This document shows positions 59,679-64,000 of a stretch of 64,000 nt of DNA, one piece after another. The notes under the pieces were generated by a model. It did no database searches. It saw only the letters and a program-made list of their open reading frames with translations, and was not told where the DNA came from. Made by a program: the position numbers and the translations under genes. The first letter of the stretch is position 1; each line of letters begins with the position of its first letter. Source of the stretch: Selaginella moellendorffii (taxonomy: Eukaryota; Plantae; Lycopodiophyta); the NCBI RefSeq assembly GCF_000143415.4, contig NW_003314328.1, forward strand, positions 895,889-959,888, given 5' to 3'.

Positions 59679-60874
59679 TCAGTCCTGTTCTTTCTCCACG
59701 AGCATGCTCTTGACGTGGTTCTTGCCCCTGAGTTCCTTGTTGAGGAAGCTCGACCTGTACTGCCCGAATGTCATGGAGGTGTACCTCGATGGCTGCCTAG
59801 GATTCACAAAGTTGGCCGCAGGAGATACGAGTGTATCGGGCAGCGGGCTGTGAAACATTGCCAACGATATGCGTTCTTTGCTCTCGGTCTTCACCACGGC
59901 TCGGTGCTCGACGCTCTTGTAGAGGCCATTGGTTATTATCTGCGAAGAAAAAGAGGTAAGAAATCGAGGAAAATTCTAGTACCTCAATCTGATCTGCAAG
60001 GTTCACCACAAAAGCCTCCGGATCAGCCTGGACTTGGACCCATTTGCCATTTTTCCTGACCTGAAGGCCTTCGACGTCGTCTTGGAGCAGTATAGTGATA
60101 CCTCCGGGATCAGAATGAGGACTCAGTCCCATGACGCGGTCAGGCTGTGGACACGGAGGGTAATGGTTTACCCGAATAGTCTGGTAGATGCACTCTCCAA
60201 ACTTTTTCTCCAGGAAGTCGGACTCAAGGCCAAGCGTCTCTGAAATCTTTCCAAGGAGGCATTTTGCAAGTCCATGCACCTCGTTGGAGTACTCGTGTAG
60301 CACGGTCCTAAGCACCACATGTAAAGGGGCCGATAATAAAATTAGAACAGAGAGTACCTGTAAGACTCGGGCTTGGTCGGCCAGGAAGACAAGTTCCGAG
60401 TGGAGATGGGGAGCAATTGGTGATAGAGAAGATCAACCCAGTCGAGCACATCCGACGCAAGGAAATGCCTCCCGTAGCCTTCACAGCTCCCTGGCTTTAT
60501 CGCAAACTCCAGCTTCTCCTCGTGAGACAAATGGAAAAACTGTCGAGCAGCTTTTCGGACTCTTTCGAGCAAGGAAATTGGGATATCATGATTTACAACC
60601 TGAAAGTTTCATGTCAAGACAAAGGCGATAAAAAAGTACTAAGGAGTACCTGGAAAAATCCCCACTCTGCACAAGCTGCTCCTAGCTTCGCCAATTCTGA
60701 AGGATCATTCCGTAGTAACTTCCCGTGATCGATGATCGGCAAGCTCTCTTCAAAAGGAGCTGACACACGGGAATCAAGCGAGCGCTGAAGAAAGCGTGAA
60801 GGCACTTCTTCGAGCCCATTCTGTACCAAAGCCTGCACGGAAATTGGAGGCTGCGACTGCACAACCAGAGCCAT
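59679..60874 (-). CDS. 2-oxoglutarate/Fe(II) dioxygenase, DOXC class (exons 60874-60650, 60599-60358, 60307-59983, 59939-59679; 350 aa)
   Basis: ACAEWGFFQVVNH, NHYPPCPQPD, HSD, SVEHRA, RISL. Confidence 0.94.
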
Positions 60875-61313
60875 TTACAAGAACTTCTGTAAGGGAAGCT
60901 TTCAGCACTCCGCACTTGTTTAAGAAGCATGCGACCGCAACTGTAGACTAGAAGACTAGGCTCACGATTTCCTTGTGAAGAACCATCATAAACATCACAA
61001 TGGATTCTTTTAAATGGTATCATATTTACCTGTGGGGCTCTGAAGCAAATGTTGTGGCTCAGCATCAGATAGGCCACGTACACGGTCCCATCCCATATAC
61101 GACTTTTCATCGATGCCACGATCGTCATTCAGTGTACGAAGTAGATTCGGCATTAAGCTGTATAGAAATAGTAAACCGAGTTTCGTCAATCGATGCTCAC
61201 GACGTCGAAACCATAAAAATCGTCCTTCAGTTGCACACTTCCAGGCGCGGGTCCGACATTTTTTGGATGCTTGCCGTGAGCTTCGTTGTCATACGCCTGT
61301 GAATGAGTCCATG

Positions 61314-62031
61314 TTAGAAGCACGGGACCATAAAGCTAAAAAGCACCTCTTCAGCTGCTACCAATTCAGGATTTAGCGCCTGAAGCTTCTGCTTTAGTTC
61401 TTCCAACCGCGAAAATCCTGCGACAGAAGTTTGCTCGACCTGCTCAAACACACCATTAACAAAAACCTTGACAAGATGTAACCAACCAAACGGTTGAGAT
61501 CGTCACAAAGCTTTTGCTTTTCCTCTTCTTCAGCCTGCAATGCAGTTTGTGCCGCTTCCCATTGCTGTACACCTTTGAGAAGCAAGTCCTATGTAATAAA
61601 TATCGTGACTTCACCTTCTTCGCATTCTCTTCTTTCAATTTAGCCTTTCGAATTTTCGCTCCCGACATTTCGATTTTATTCCGTAGGTGTTCAAGGGCTG
61701 CATAAGAAGATTACTCAAAGACTAAAAGACAAGAACTCACCCGCTTTTCTCGGGCCAACAGTAAGTTTTATTTGCAACGAAAGCTCAGCCAGCTCTTTCT
61801 CAAAATTGTGGATCTTTAAGTAATTGTCTTGTATATACCTGTAGAGACTTTCAGAAAAGAGAATAATAAGCCCTCTTACTTTCTTAGCTCCAGCTCCTTT
61901 TCCTCAAGAACCTGTTTCAGACAATGCTTGAAAGAGAAGAGAGGAAAACACGGTCTCTGAAACTGGACCTGAACTAGAATCGATCTTACCTTCTCACCGT
62001 ACGAGATAGAAGGGGAATCCTGTGTCGCCAT
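61314..62031 (-). CDS. Small multi-exon coiled-coil protein (3' end uncertain)
   Basis: Short GT-AG introns; heptad-rich EEEKQKLCDDLNRLVEQ...RLEELKQKLQALNP. Confidence 0.65.
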
Positions 62032-62082
62032 TTGAGCCCCAAACCTCAAACCTCAACTCAAAGCGAACAAGAGAAAGTATTA

Positions 62083-63489
62083 TCAGGGTGGAGACCATGC
62101 CCCAGATAGAAACAATTCTCTGAAACGAGATCCTAGTGCTACAACATAAAAAACTGTGAAAGAATACCGTCAGATCCCTTGTTATAGGAATTTCTTTGAT
62201 AGATATCACCTGGAATTCCGGGTACCGTGCAATCTGGTTTTGCAAGTACTGTTTGCAGCGTGCAGTTCTCGTCAACTTTCACCCAATATTTACGCAGATC
62301 TAGAAAGACTTGCACATTTAGTTTTGTCAGCAACCCAGCTTTACCTGTTTCTTTTGTTTCATCCTGGTCAAAATCATCTGTGTGATCTAGCATTGATCTC
62401 AAAGCTGCTTTTCTTGATAACGGTGCAACAGCGTTTGCCTGATTGTCCAAATGTAACAACAGCTTTAAGAAAACAAACAAAGCAGACCTGGTAATATAGT
62501 TCAATACGATCCCTTGTGTACTCGTGCTTCTCATCCCAAGGAAGAGAAGCATCTCCAAACATCTAATTTCACGAGAAAAAGCTGTAAGAGCGAGGATGTG
62601 ATAGTTAAAAGAATACTCTTTGCAAGTGAGGTTTGAACTTGTCGAACTCCATAAAGTCCTCAATCAAGTCGCTCGACATGACTTCCCCATATAGCAGCAA
62701 AACAGGCCAGTGTAGAACATTGCTAGTGTCTAGCCAAGGCTTCTTGGCACCACAGAGCTCTTTGTACAAGTGACTCCCCAGCTTGACGTGCCTTTGCTCT
62801 AAACAAGTGACAAATTCCTGGACAACCAAACAAGTGAGAAATCAAAACACAATGAGAGCTTTCTCACCTCTGCCTCCTTGACATGAATCTTACGTTCGTT
62901 CGACCTTTTCAATCTAGTTTCTGCCTGATCCTTCAAGTTTCTAAGCTCCAGGTTGTGAGGTTCCACGTCCAAAGCTTTTGTACAAAGCTGGGAAGCTCGT
63001 TCGAGCAAATCAAGCTCCAGCGCGGCCTTGGAGCCACGAAAGTAGGCCTGCCAAGCAAGAGATAAGTGAAACCACCAACCATCATCAATCACTGTACCAG
63101 AGTACCTTCACATTCGTAGGATTGAGCTCAATCGCTTGCTCGGCATCGTTCAATGCGCGCCTATAATTCCCCAGCAGCAAATTCACATGCGCCCTGTTCG
63201 CAAAGAGCACCGAGTTTTGCAATGGATCATCAATCCTCTGCTCGATCGCGCGTGTGTAGCAGTCCACAGCATCCTTGTACCCGGATTTCCCTTTCTTCAC
63301 ACACGCATTTCCCTGCTCCTATGGAAGATCGAACTAAAATCTCAAATCCTCGCAAACTCGAACAAAGAAGACAATGCATCCTACCCTGAGCTCCAATACG
63401 GCGGTCTCGCGAAGCGCATCGATCGCGGCCAGATCGTTCCTCTCCTCCTCGCTCAGCGCCTCGCCGCGGCCATGGAACAAGAGCGCCAT
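62083..63489 (-). CDS. TTC4/Cns1-like TPR co-chaperone, multi-exon
   Basis: MAL...DLAAIDALRE...EQGNACVKKGK..YKDAVDCYTRAI, NRAHVNLLLGNYRRAL, LHWPVLLLYGEVMSSDLIEDF, VPGIPVFYVV. Confidence 0.88.
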
Positions 63490-63687
63490 AGCCGGGCAAA
63501 ATATTTCCAACCCCTAAACCCTAAAACACGAAAACCATTGAGCCAAGAATTTGTCTTTGATGGAAGTTAGTGAAGGAAGAAAGAAAGAACCATTGACAAT
63601 TTGTGATTCCTACGCTCTCCCTCTTTTCCCCTAAAGAGCTCCTACAGCTAAAATCTGATGTACACATATCAAACCCATTCTCTTCTT

Positions 63688-64000
63688 CTAGTCATCATCC
63701 TCGTCCTCCTCTTCATTCTGGAAAAAAACGATGTGTTAGATCACAAAATCGCACAAGATCACGCGCAAAATCATAGAAGTTCTACCTCAGCACTGCCTTC
63801 TTCCTCGTTTTCCTTCGAATCTTCTTGCTCCTCGTCATCCTGACAAGGACGAGACGACCGAAGTCGAGAAAACTGCAAAGATTCGTCAAAAATCTTACTT
63901 GTTTCTTCTTGTAAGCGGCCATGGACTCGGCGTAATCGGCCCGGAGCTGGGCGGCCTTGTTGACGTACACGGCCTTCTCCTGGAAGATCAAACAGTGGAG
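63688..64000 (-). CDS. HMGB: HMG-box (HMGB) protein, 3' exons with acidic tail; gene runs off the window
   Basis: EKAVYVNKAAQLRADYAESMAAYKKKQ followed by D/E-rich exons ending EEEDEDDD*. Confidence 0.85.

Overview
Plant nuclear DNA. The ~50-nt introns, tiny intergenic spaces and PPR debris suggest a compact lycophyte genome such as Selaginella (inference). Left end: a chromovirus-type Ty3/Gypsy nested in the 5' LTR of a Ty1/Copia, which in turn interrupts a copy of a nuclease-like/pseudokinase gene. From ~10.2 to 43 kb there is a tandem segmental duplication of a block: CTD-phosphatase pseudogene, tau GSTs, UGT, TRM/LONGIFOLIA-like gene, cupin fragment. The two copies show reciprocal pseudogenisation and carry different insertions (a full-length Gypsy in copy 1; a WEE1+PPR fragment cassette in copy 2). 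A second full-length Gypsy with a 4-bp TSD and a -1 frameshift pseudoknot lies between them. The right part is gene-dense: Tpt1, PPR debris, tRNase Z-L, epoxide hydrolase, DnaJ-type Zn finger, 2OG dioxygenase, coiled-coil protein, TTC4-like TPR, HMGB. The most interesting item is at 54.6-59.1 kb: a head-to-head pair made of an intronless GC-rich gene (degenerate PD-(D/E)xK domain plus pseudokinase) and an AT-rich 5-exon gene, fragmented in the ORF track, with intact PD-(D/E)xK motifs. A 133-bp tandem array separates them. The domain combination resembles fungal Crinkler-type REase-kinase and Spok spore-killer proteins. It is a candidate toxin/antidote or selfish module; this is inference and untested.
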